Shown here: positions 13,109 to 24,273 of the stretch, piece by piece
How the letters are laid out: each line of letters starts with the position of its first letter
How positions within the stretch are numbered: the stretch's first letter is position 1
DNA from: Cyanophora paradoxa CCMP329
Lineage: Eukaryota > Plantae > Glaucophyta
Direction: 5' to 3'
Assembly: GCA_004431415.1 (NCBI GenBank)
Contig: QPMI01000332.1
Coordinates: 1 to 64,000, forward strand
Length of the DNA: 64,000 nt
The notes under the pieces: generated by a model
Told to the model about the DNA's origin: nothing
What the model saw: the letters and a program-made list of their open reading frames with translations, nothing else
Databases searched by the model: none
Made by a program: the position numbers and the translations under genes

Positions 13109-16100
13109 AGGGGGGGAGAGGGGGGGGGCGGGCCTGCTCGAAGAAGTCGAGCCAGAGGAGGTCGCCGGCGGTGGCGAGGACGGCCTCGCGCAGCAGCGGC
13201 ACGTACGTCTTCACGATGTGCCGCGTCTCGTTCAGCACCGGCGCCACCGGGTGCACGTACACCGTCAGCCCTGCACGCCCGTCGCCCCCCGCGGCGACGC
13301 CGGGGCGGGGCGGGGGGGCGGGGCGGGCCGTAGTGGCGCTTGATGCGGAGGAGGGCGGCGACGTAGATGGCGACGGTGGTGCGGGCGGCCTCCTCGAGGC
13401 TCGCGTAGCGGCACTTCTCCACGCAGACGAGGAAGCCCTCGCGGCAGTCGATCTCCCCGAACATGAAGACCGCCGCCCCGCCCCGCCCCGCCCCCGCCTC
13501 CAGCACCGCGCTCAGGTTCCGCTTCGGGAAGAACGTCCCCTCCGGCCGCATGTGCCACGCCTTGAGGCCCGTCACCAGCGCGGGCCGCAGCAGCCGCTCC
13601 CCGCCCTGCGGCCCCCGGCTCGGGCGTGCGTGCGGCAGCGGCCGGGGCGGGCTCACGGGGAGGGCCACGGGGTGCCACGCCGCCGACATGCAGTGGCTGT
13701 CCCCTGCGCCCCGCACGCTCGGGGGGCGCGGCGGTTGCGGGCGGGGCGGGGCGGGGGCGGACCGACGAGGTAGAGCGGGGGCAGGTGGGCGGGGAGCGGG
13801 GCGGGGAGGAGGGCGGCGAGCTGGCAGATGGTTGCGTAGTACGCCTGCTCGTTCCGGATCGTCGTCAGGTGCAGCTCCCGCCCCGCCCGCACCGGCTCTG
13901 CCCCCGCTCAGCCCCCGCGCCGCCCGCGCGGGGCGGGGCGGGGCCGGACCGATGAGTGCGGCGAGGGGCGGGATGGCGGCGAGGGCGCCCGTGACGAAGC
14001 AGATCTGAGGGGCGTGAGAGCGGCGCGGGGCGCAGGGCGGGGAGGAGCTGGGCGGGGCACGGGGCGGGCGGGGCGGGCGGGGCGGGGCGGGCGGGGCGGG
14101 CGGGGCGGGCCTTGACGGCGGTCATGAAGAGGGCGAGCAGGTCGAGCTCGTCGGCGCTGTACTCCGCCAGCGGGCCCCCCGGCGCCGGCCCCGGCGGCGG
14201 CATCGCCTCGCGCGGCGCCGTGGGGCCCTCCTTGGGGAGGCCCTCGGGATGAGGGGCCGCACGCGCCGGCACGCCAGGCCCCGACCGCCAGCTCCGGTTC
14301 TGCCCGCACGCTCGGGGCCCCTCGCGCGGGCCGGGGCGGGGCGCGGCGGGCGGACGCGGTCGAGGAACTCGGCGGTGGCCTCGAGGGCGCGCTCGTAGCT
14401 GCCCGCTGTCGGCACGGGCGAGAGGGCGGGCCAGCGGGCGAGGGGCGAACCGGGCGAGGACCTCGAGGGTGTGGACGTAGTTGAGGGCGTACGAGGCGCT
14501 CGCCGGCGCCAGCTCCACCTTCCGCCCCGGCCCTCGGCCCCTCGGCCCTCGCCCCGCCCGCCGCGGCGCGGCGCGGGGCGGGGCGGGGGCGCACGGCGCG
14601 CTCGTAGAGGGAGACCGCCTCCTCGACGGCTGCGGCGCGTCGGGCGCGTCGGGCGGGGCGGGGCGGGCATTCTGGGGAGCGCGCGCACCCCCGTGCTCCT
14701 TGACGACCGTCGCGAGGAAGGCCAGCGCGGGGGCCGCCGAGGGCACCTGCCGCCCTGAGGCCCCGCCGCGGCCGCGGGCGGGCGGCGCGGCGCACGCTCT
14801 GGAGCTCGGAGAGGAGCAGGGCGAGGCCGCTGGGGGCCTTGACGCAGCCGGCCAGCCGCTCCCGCACCGCCCGGTCCTCTGCCCCGCCTCGGCCCCCGCG
14901 CGCGCCGGCGGCGGGGGCGCGGCGGCGGCGCACGGGAGTGGGCGACGAGGAGGCGGAGGAAGACGCGAAGGGCCTCCGCGTGCTGGCCCCGCTCCGCCAG
15001 CGCCGCCCCGCACTCGAACAGCGCGTCCCTGCGCCCCCTCGCCGCCCCGCCACGCCCCGCGCGCGTCACCCCGCACCTGTGCTCGGGGTCCCGCGCGAGG
15101 ATGCTCTGGGGCGGGGTGAGGGGCGGGGCGGGGCGGGGCGGGGCGGGGCGGGTGCACGGAGAATATGTGCAGCGCGGCGTCCTGCTCGCCCTGCGCGTAG
15201 AGCACCTTCCCGATGCGCACCTGCGGCCGCGCGCCTGAGGGGGCCGGCGGGGTGTGGCGGGGGCGGGGTGTGCGGGGAGGCGGGGCGACCTTGAGGGAGT
15301 CGAGGCGGCGCTGGGCGGCGGCGTCGGCGCCCTTCTCCTCCGCCCCCGCCCCCACGCTCCGGATCGCCGCGTAGTACGACCCGATCGCCTGCTCCGACCG
15401 CCCCGCCCCCGCGTGCGCGTCCCCGAGCCTGCCGCCCGTCGGCCCCGCGCTCTCTCGGCGGCCGGCACGCGCGTACATCTGGTGCCCGTCGGCGCTGAGC
15501 GGGTGCGCGGCGACGAGCCGCTCGAGCAGCGGGACCGCCTCCCCAGGCTTGCCCCGCATCATCGCCACCTCCGCTGCGGCGCGCTGTGGGCGGCGGGCGG
15601 GGAGTGGGGAGTGGGGGGTGGGGGGCCGGGCACCCGTGCGGAGGAGGGCGGTGGCGTGCGCGGGGTCCACCGCCAGCACGTGCTCGTACACCGCCAGCGC
15701 GTGCTGCCCGCCCTCTCAGCAAACGCCCCGCCCCCCGCCCCGCCCCTCCCCGCCCCGCCCCGCCCACCCGGTAATTTTTCTTCTGCCACGAGTCCTCTGC
15801 CGCGGGGAGCAGCTCCTGCGCCCACTGCGCCAGCACAGGGTGCGACTCCAGCACACTCGTCCCCGCCTTGCCCGCCGGCCCCGCACCCGCCGCCACGCCG
15901 GACGCCGATTGCGGGGGGCTCGGCGACCGGCGGGACGGCTGCGGCGCCACTGATGCCGCAGGAGGCGGCTTGTCTGCTAATTTGAGGGGCGCGTCGCTTA
16001 GTTCAGTGGCGGTTCCGGTCTTGAGCACATCCTGGCTGGGAGACGCCAGCGCAGGAGAAGACGAGGGCTCTGCGAGGCGCTCAGACCGCGCACACAGATC

Positions 16101-16621
16101 GCGTGCCGCAGCGGACCTCCCGCTTGGGCCGGCTTTGCACAGCGGACGAAGAGATCAGCGCTGCGCGACCCGGCCGTGAGCCCAGCTGTGCGCCCGAGCA
16201 GATAGGAGCCGCTAAGGCCCTCGGGCGCTTCGTGATGATCCTATGGCACTGTTTAAGTTAAAAAAGACACCGACCCATCTTTGACGACGGAAAGCGCTTT
16301 GACAGTAGCTGGGAGCGGTCGCTTGCTGATCGGACACGTAAGACGCCGGCTGCGCGGAAGCGGAAGCGCCGCGAAGCGAGAGCGCCGCGCACCGGTCGTT
16401 GACAAGCTGCACTGCCGCCGTCTCCAACACGGGTGTCGCGCGCTTGGAGTTGAAAGCGGACACGAACCGCTGAGCGATCGGCGTCAGCTTGTCAGCTGCG
16501 GCGATTGCGCATGCGAGCGCACGTCGATCAGGTCAAGCACGCTGGGGTCGTCCTCGCTTCCGAGCCGCACTACGTGCGTGAAGTCGTCCTCGCCCTCTTC
16601 GTAGTGTATGTAAAGCCGCAT
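12874..16621 (-). CDS. TPR-repeat protein with C-terminal SGNH/GDSL-hydrolase-like domain (spliced)
   Basis: Start MRLYIHYEEG; TPR-like helices (GEAVPLLERLVAAHP, LGDAHAGAGRSEQAIGSYYAAI); LYLV|GDSHC, FGEIDCREG and DGTH motifs; stop 12874-12876. Confidence 0.75.
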
Positions 16622-16672
16622 CGCCGCGTTGCAATTGCGATTCCCAAGCACGCGGGGTACCGACCCACAACG

Positions 16673-18766
16673 ATGCACGAAGCGCGACGGCCAGACTGCT
16701 TTCCCTGTGCCTTCTTGCCTTGTGCTTTCCCCGTGGCAGCGATCGGCAGCTCGCCGGCGGCTCGTACGCGTGCAGCAGCGATTGGCGCAGCGCACAGTGT
16801 GAGCGTGTGGAGCGAGCGCGACCGGCACCAGGGGCGCAGATCGCTCAACAGTGCTTTCGTTCCAGATGCGTGCCCGCACTGGCGTGTGGCCCGGCGTGTG
16901 GTCCCTTTTCCAGCCGCCGCACCTGCGGGCAGCACCACGAACAGATCGCAGCGCGCCGACGGCGAAGAGGATGCGCAGCATGGCATCACTCAGGCTGCCG
17001 CACCGAGCGCCGGGCGCTCGAACGGCGACCACGGCGGAAGCTTCGAGGTGGCTGCCGCTGAAGCAGCCGCGCTGTCGTCCTCTCTTTCCAGCTTCCTCAA
17101 GAATATCGGTCTATCTGTGGCCTTCCACGGCGTCCCTGTTGTCCGCGAAGCCGCCTTCTACCTGCAAAACGAGCTTGGCATATCCCCCAATGTCCTTCCG
17201 AAGGTGTGCGTCGCATAGTTCAAAGCGGACACGAGCCGCTGCGCAGTCGACATGTTGGATCCCGGGCAGATCATGGCCAAGAGTCCGTACATTTTTAAGC
17301 AGCCTGCGGCGAAGATGAGGCAGAAGGTGGAGTTCCTCTCCTCGATGGGCCTCTCCCGGGACGACCTTAGGCGCCTCGTGGCCCGGGCTCCCATCACGCT
17401 CTGCTGCTCCCTTGAGACGCTCCGGAGGCGCGTGTTGTACCTCCAGCAGCGGCTCTCACCGCAGACGATGCTGCGCGCCATCCGGCGGTCCCCGCAGGCG
17501 AGCCCCCCCTTGGCCGAGCGGGGAGGGGGCCCGGGGCGGGGCGTGAGGGGCAGGCGCAGCTGCTGAACCGGGGGGTGGAGGCGCTGGAGGAGCAGTTCGA
17601 GTGGTTCCGGTCCATCGGCGTCCTCGGCGAGGACCTCGACACCCTCATCAACCGCTTCCCCCAGGTTCCCCGCCCCCCGCCCCGCCCGCCCCGCCCACCC
17701 CCGCCCGCCTGACGCCGCGCAGGTCCTCTCCTACTCCGTCGACGCAACCCTCCGGCCCAAGCACGACTGGCTCCTGCAGACTGGCCTCGACCGCCCCGCC
17801 GCCGCCGCCGCCGTTGTCCGCGCCCCGCAGGTGCGCGCCCTGTGCCGGCGGGGGCGGGGCGCGCCGACGCGGGGGCGGCAGCTGCTCTCGCTCTCGGAGG
17901 GCCACTTGCAGGCCACGGCCGACTTCCTCGTCGACGAGGCCCGCCTCGACCGCCCCGCCCAGCTCCCCGCCCTCCTCACCCGCTGCCCCCAGGCGCGCCC
18001 CCGCCGCCCCTCGCGCCGCCCCGCCGGCCCACCGCCTCGCGCAGGTCCTGACGCTCTCCGTGGAGGGGAACCTGAGGCCGAAGCTGAGGTGGCTGCCGCG
18101 GCGCGCGCCGCCCTGCCCTGGCCGAGCACGCACGCCGCGCAGGTTCCTCTACGGCGAGCTGGACGGCTCCCCCGCCGACCTCGCCCGCTTCCCCATGTTC
18201 TTCACCTACAGGTCCTGCCCCCGCCTGCCGCCTGCCCCCGCCTGCGCGGCGCCGAGCCGGCCGGCGCAGTCTGGAGCGGATGCGACTGCGCTATGGCTTT
18301 GCCATCGAGTCGCAGGCGCGCGGCATCTGTGCGGAGGGCAGCGGATGCAGCGCACCGGGGCCCGCCGAGGGCCCGCCCCAGCCCGGGGCCCGGCCGAGGC
18401 GGGGGAGGAGGCCGGCGGATGCATGGCACGGGGAGGCGGGCGGGAAGCGGCTGCGGCTGGCAGAAGTGCTGGCCTCCCCCGACCGCAAGTTCGCCGAGAC
18501 TGTCTGCAGCCGTAGTGCGCCACGTGCACGGGCCATTGACATCGACCCAGCCCACCCCCGCCGTCGATTCCCTAACGGCCCATCCGTGCGCAGGCCTGCA
18601 AGAATACCAAGCCTTCGTTTTCGATTTTTGGGCGGCCGAGGAAGCAAGCGCTCTGGAGCTGGCTAGCGCTGACGCCAGCGCTAGCGTCTCATCGATATCT
18701 GATCGTGGCGCCGGCGCCGGCTCGAGCTCCGCGCACGTAGACGTGGCCGGCGGCGGCACAACTTGA
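16673..18766 (+). CDS. mTERF family protein (organelle-targeted, spliced)
   Basis: Repeated mTERF motifs: KVEFLSSMGLS..LV.RAP, RFPQ|VLSYSVDATLRPK, RCPQ|VLTLSVEGNLRPK, ARFPMFFTY|SLERMRLR. Start codon uncertain. Confidence 0.85.
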
Positions 18767-18974
18767 TGCATATGTTCGATTCACAGTGCATGGTCAATTG
18801 CAGCAACTGCCGCGCTGTTTGCTCGGCGATGTTCGCACTCGGGGTACAACAACTGAAGAGGGGCGGGCAGTCGTGCCTCGGGTACAGCTGCTCTACGCCT
18901 ACTCGCGAGTTGACCTAAGTAAACAACTTTACTATCTATCGCTTGCTCCGGGGTAGACACACTTATCGAAAAAA

Positions 18975-20133
18975 ATGCAGAGGGCTGGGTTTGGCTTGCT
19001 GGCAGCCCAGGCCAGCGCGCAACAAGTGATGTCGGGTAGTGGGCGCTCCTTAGGTGAGCACAGGCCGCCTTGGATCGAGCGCTTCGCTGTGCCCGTTCGT
19101 CGCTCATCATTCTGCGCAGCTGCAGGCGCGGCGCGCGCCTTCCACGGCGTTCGCGCGCTGCATGTCCAAAGAGCGCGACTGCCTGGCGGACTGGGGCACG
19201 CCCTCACCTACTCCCAGTTCCGCGCGATGGTACGCTTTTGCGGCGCCCCGTCGAAAGCGCCGATTCAAGCCCCGCACAGCTTCAAAACACGAGCATTCGC
19301 TGGTCGCAATCCGCGGCGGCCGACGGAAAGCGCGAGGCTGGCGTGGATAAGCGCAAGGCCGGCGAGGAGAAGCGCAAAGCCGCCGAGGAGAAGCGCAAGG
19401 CCGGCAAGGACGATGATGACGAGGATGCGGAGTTTATACCCGAGGAGGAGCCCATTCGCGAGGAGGGCCGGGAGGGCCGACCTGAGGAGGAGGAGGATGC
19501 GGGCAAGTCCCAGCAGAATACGAACAAGCGCAAGAAGCGCAAGAGGTTGTACGATTCGAAGCAGGTGGCTTTCTGGAGGCTAAAGCTGAAGTGGAAGAAG
19601 ATCAGGCGGGACGAGAAGCGGCGGGTCAAGCTTGCCCTGAAGACGGGGGAGATGGGCAAGCGGGAGGCCCGGCGGCAGCTGAGGCGGCTGAACAAGCAGC
19701 GGAAAGCGGAGAAGAAGAAGCTGAGGAAGAAGTACATCGCTGAGTTCCTCAATTCGGGGGAGGATTTCGTCGCGTACGGGTGGAAGGAGGCCGTCGCGGC
19801 CTACCCCGCCTTCCCCAAGCAGTGGGCCAAGGGCAAGGTCACCCTCAGGCACGAGATGAACAGCCTCAGGAACCGGGTGCGAGGCTCGCCGGCCTCTGCG
19901 GCGCGGGCTTCCGGGGCGGGGCTGACGGGGCGGGGCAGGCGAGGCGCCTCGTGAGGCCCGTGGCGTATTACCTGAAGGCGGCCACTGTCTTCCTCCTCCA
20001 GTCCCTCGCCCGCCCCAGCCTGCTCCTCCCCCGCGCCCCGCCCCGGCCCCCGCCCCAGCAGCCCCCGGCCGGCACCCTCGAGGGCCCCGCCCCGCAGGAG
20101 ACGCCGGAGGGGGCGTCCAACCGCGAGCGCTGA
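18975..20133 (+). CDS. Hypothetical Lys/Arg/Glu-rich protein, possibly organelle-targeted (spliced)
   Basis: Coding-like exon 19310-19876 (DDDDEDAEF..KWKKIRRDEKRRVKLALK..YGWKEAVAAYPAFPKQWAKGK) with splice sites; Arg/Ala/Ser-rich N-terminus. Confidence 0.55.
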
Positions 20134-20288
20134 GCGGGCGCCGGCCCCCCTGGGCGCCCTCCCCGAGTCCGCGTCCTCCCGCTCGCCGCCTCATCTGCCG
20201 CTTTGCCCCCGGCGTGGGTCCCGCAGCTCGGCCCCCCGCGGCCCCCGCCCCCTCCCCCAGCTTTTCCGTGCTCCTTGTCCCCAACGGC

Positions 20289-20325
<37 letters not shown>

Positions 20326-20882
20326 CTCTTGCCCTCCTGCTTCGCGCCTTGCTCCCTCCCGACGGCACCCCCGCCCTCGGCCCCATCCTGCCATCGATTC
20401 GAGGCTCTTCCGGCTTCTGTCTTTTTGTCCCGCTCGTGCTCTTCTAGTTCACTTTCACCTCCGGCTCGCCGGGCCAGCTCTACATCCCAGACTGCACAAC
20501 CGGCGCGGGACCAGCCTGTGGGCTAACGTCGACGCTGCATCAAAGTGTGCCGAATCGAAAGCGAACTTAGGGTTACGAAACCGCGCGTGCAGTGATGTCG
20601 ACGTACTACGGTACGTATACGCGTCGACGTCGACGCGCGGGCGCCTGCGGCCGACGCGCGCGGCGCCGGCGCCCCGCGCGCGCAAGTGTACATGTGCTGC
20701 CTGCAGCTGTGGCCCCCGGCGCAGTGGCAAGCGCAGGGGGGCAATTGCAAGCGCAGTGGCACCCGCGGCCGGGGCAGGGAGTGCACCGTGCGGGGGGTAC
20801 CTGTATACCCAAACACCGTGACGAACCGATCGTCTCGCACGTCCTGCCGTCCGTCCTGCACGTCCTCCGCTAAAATATGTTA

Positions 20883-21843
20883 ATGTTCAGCTGCGCATTG
20901 CTAGCACGTTCAGCTTCCGCAGCGCCGATCATGGCGCCGATCGCTTCCAGGCCCGTCGCAGCTACCCGGCGACCCGCCAAGACGACCCGGCACGCCATGG
21001 CAACGGCGTTCTTGGGAACTTCTCTCCAGCCGACCTGCGGCTCCCGCGTCTTCAGATTCGCTTGCCGGGAGCCGACCTCGCCAGAACCAATTCAAGCGTC
21101 ATCGTCGGTCCGTATAAGTACGCGGCCATCAGCTGATTGGCGCTGATTGGGTTTGCAGGATTCAAGCAACGACGCCGTGTACGCAACGGAGTTGGAAAAG
21201 GAAGTGATCATTGAGGATCTGGTGCCGCTCTTCATATCAACGCCGCCGGACACGCCCTATGGCGCCGCTGTGCGTGAGATCGCCGCGCAGCGCCTTTCCG
21301 CAGCTAAGAGTGTGAGGGGCGCCGGACTGCAGATCTGGGGCTCGCTGCTGGTGGGGCTCGCCGCGCTGCTGACGGCGGGGGATGTGCACGAAGCGAGCGA
21401 GAGCCTGAAGGCGGGGTCGGCGAGCCCCGCGCCGCCGCTGAGCGTGGCGGACACGCCCGAGGGCGCGCGCGTGCTGGCCGCGCTGGAGGCGCACGCGGCG
21501 GAGCTGGAGGACCTGGCGCCCGTCTCCCCCCCGGCGGTCGCTTTATGGGTTGCCGCCCTCGTCGGCGCATCAATTGCGCGCTCGACGCCGGCCGAGGACG
21601 AGACGGCCGACACGCTCATCGCGCCCGCTCTGCTCGTCGAGGCCGCCGAGGAGGTCCCCGCCGCCGCCTGCCGCCCCCGCCCCGCACCCGCTGCGCCGAC
21701 GCGGGGGCGCGCAGGCGCTGCCGCTGGCGGCGACGCTGGGGGCGACCCCCGAGGGCGCTGTCGCCGCGCTCTGGGCTGCTCTCCTCGCCGGCGCTTCTTT
21801 CCTCGTGGCCAGGGCGCGCGCCTCCGCCGCCCCCCGCTCCTAA
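20883..21843 (+). CDS. Hypothetical plastid-targeted protein (spliced)
   Basis: MFSCALLARS..MATAFLGTSLQ transit-like N-terminus (alternative start 20997); main exon 21159-21652; last exon ends at TAA 21841-21843. Confidence 0.6.
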
Positions 21844-22067
21844 ACCCCTCCCCTCCCCGCAGCCCGCCCCCTCCCCTCCCCGTCCTCGCGCGCGCTGCAG
21901 GCTGCGGGCGCCCGTGGCCCCTTGTCGTGTGCAGGCCCCGCCCCGCCCAGCTGTACCGCCCAGCTGTACAGATCCCGCCCCTTTCAATTCGCCGCCCGAT
22001 CCCCGCCCCGGGTGGCGCTCGCCGGTGGCCAGGCAGCAGATTCAAAGAAGGCGGGCCGGGGGCGGGG

Positions 22068-23800
22068 TCACGAGAAGGGCCGGGGGGAGCCGCCGTGGAT
22101 GGCCCCGCTCTTGAAGAGGGCGACGGCGATGAGGCCTGCGACGACCTGCGGGGCGCGTGGGCCGGCGGGGCCGGGGCGCGGGGGCGGCGGGGCGGGGGGC
22201 GCACGGCGATGGCGAAGATGCTGCCGACGACGCGCGTGGCCATGTCCCGCTCCTCCGCCTCCGTCCGCTTCCGCACCAGCGGCGTCCCGTCCTCATCGTC
22301 CCCCACCGCCCGCAGGCCCTCTGCCGCCGCCCCCCTCAGCGCCCCGCCCGCAGCCCCGCGCGCGAAAAGGGCGAGATGGGCGGGGAGGGAGGTCTAGGGG
22401 GCGGCGGTGCGGGGAGCCACCGGCGGAGGGGCTCTTATCGGTCTTGTACTTGCGCCAGGCGCTATTGAAGTCGATCTCGCCGGCGGCGGCGTTGACGGCG
22501 GCGGCGCGGGCCGCCTCGTCCTGGGCCGGCTTGGGGGCCGTCAGGGCGTCGAACTTGGCCTGCAGCCGCATGTACGCCCGGTACAGCGCCTGCGCCCGCC
22601 TCGACGCCGCCCCGGCGCAGGCGGGGAGGCGCGGCCGCACCTTGTAGAGCCGCTTCAGCAGGGCGTCCAGGGGGCCCTTCGAGGCCTCGGCGGCGTACAG
22701 CACTGGCGCCTCCCCCTCCGAGTTCGTCGCGTCCGGCAGGTCTGCGCCGCCTCCTCAGCGCCCGGAGGCGGGCCCCAGCCGCAGAGGCGGCGGCGCACCG
22801 TGCAGCTGGCGGTACTTCTGCCAGTCCTGCACCCAGGCCGCCCCGACTCAGCGCCACGCGCCACCGGCGCGGGGCGCGGGGCGTGGCGGCCGACGCACTT
22901 GCCAGAAGTCGTAGCCCTGCGCGAGGACTGTGAGACGGGGAGGCAAGGGCGAGGGGAGCAGGGCGGGGGACCTTGGCCTTCAGCTCGCGGCTGGAGGGGA
23001 GCGGGGGCCCGCTCGCCTCGCCGCCCTCCTTCGTCTCCTCCTCGTCCAGCGGCTTAAGGAACTCCTTCCCCTTGCCTTTGTACTGGCCCTTGATCGCGGA
23101 GAGGGACGAGTAGAACTCGTCTTCCGGCACCTCTGGCGGGCCCGGCGAGACCGGGGCGGGAGTCTTCCCGCCCTCCTCTACTGCAGAGACGTTCGCAATC
23201 ATGCCGAAGCGGGGCCGGTTCCATCAAAGGAAAGGAAAAGGAAAGAGGGGAAAGAGGTGAACGGAAGCAACAAAGCGCTGCCGAACCTTTCAGAGCGTCT
23301 CCGCGTTCGTCAAGGATGCGCTTGAACTCCGAGTCCCAGTCGATTCCGGAAGAACCCTGCCGCGCGCGCGTCCAGATCAGATACAGCAACAAACTAAGGC
23401 GATAGCTACTCGAGCCCACCTCATCCTTTCCAGTCTCGGCGGCGACCCCTGCGGGGGGCGCGTTGGTACAGGGAGAGCGCGTTACAGAGCTCAAGAGTGG
23501 GCCTTACAGTGAACAGGGGCCTGTCCTTCAAACGCCCTCACTCGAGCGAGCCTCTGGTGCGCGCCCCTGCGAACGTTCCAAGATTCTTATGAGGGCGCTG
23601 GCGCGCGTCGAGCGGCGCGTCCAGGAGCTAATGCGCATCGCTCCTGCTGTTATGGATTCCGCACACCTAGGCCTCGACGTGAACTGGGAGCGCAGGTTCG
23701 CAGGAGAAAGGACACGCCTCTTGACAGTTGCGGGCTGCGCGGCTGGGGCTGTCCGGGGCAAGTAGAGCGCGACAGAGAAAGCCTGCGACTGAGACTGCAT
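22068..23800 (-). CDS. Hypothetical plastid-targeted single-pass membrane protein (spliced)
   Basis: MQSQSQAFSVAL.. transit-like exon 1; exon 2 GAHQRLARVRAFEGQAPVH; IDWDSEFKR and IDFNSAWRKY motifs; C-terminal TM VVGSIFAIA|VVAGLIAVALF; TGA at 22070-22068. Confidence 0.65.
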
Positions 23801-23878
23801 CCTGACGAACCAGCGCTTGGACGCTGCGAACAATTCTGTACTCCCCCGATGAACGTCTGAATTTCACCACGATATCGA

Positions 23879-23987
23879 TGTAGTGCGCCAAATAAAATGG
23901 CGCGCCATCTTATTTTTATGGCGCACGCTTTTGAGCCATCGCAGAAAAAAAGGCGCCGGCCAGCGCAGCCGGAGCTTTGCGTTGGGG
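23879..23987 (+). repeat. Left terminal inverted repeat
   Basis: TGTAGTGCGCCAAATAAAATGGCGCGCCATC...GCGTTGGGG, exact reverse complement of 28705-28813. Confidence 0.97.
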
Positions 23988-24273
23988 AGTACTGCTAGGC
24001 TAGCTGTCGCGATCGAAATCGCCTATCATTATAGCCTACCGCCGGGCTACCGGTATAGGACCGCACTGGGCGGGAAGCGGTCGGGGAGCCGCGCGCGCGC
24101 ACCGAGCCCGAAGGCGCGGCCCCAGGCACATCAGCAATGAGGTGGTGGAGCATCCAGATGTCAGAGACCTTCCCAACAAGTTCGAATGCAGGTGTCCACC
24201 CGCAGAGAATCTGTCCGGGCTCTGCGGCAATAACTTCCTGTGCAAGACTCTGTTTCCTAACATTCGCATCGAC

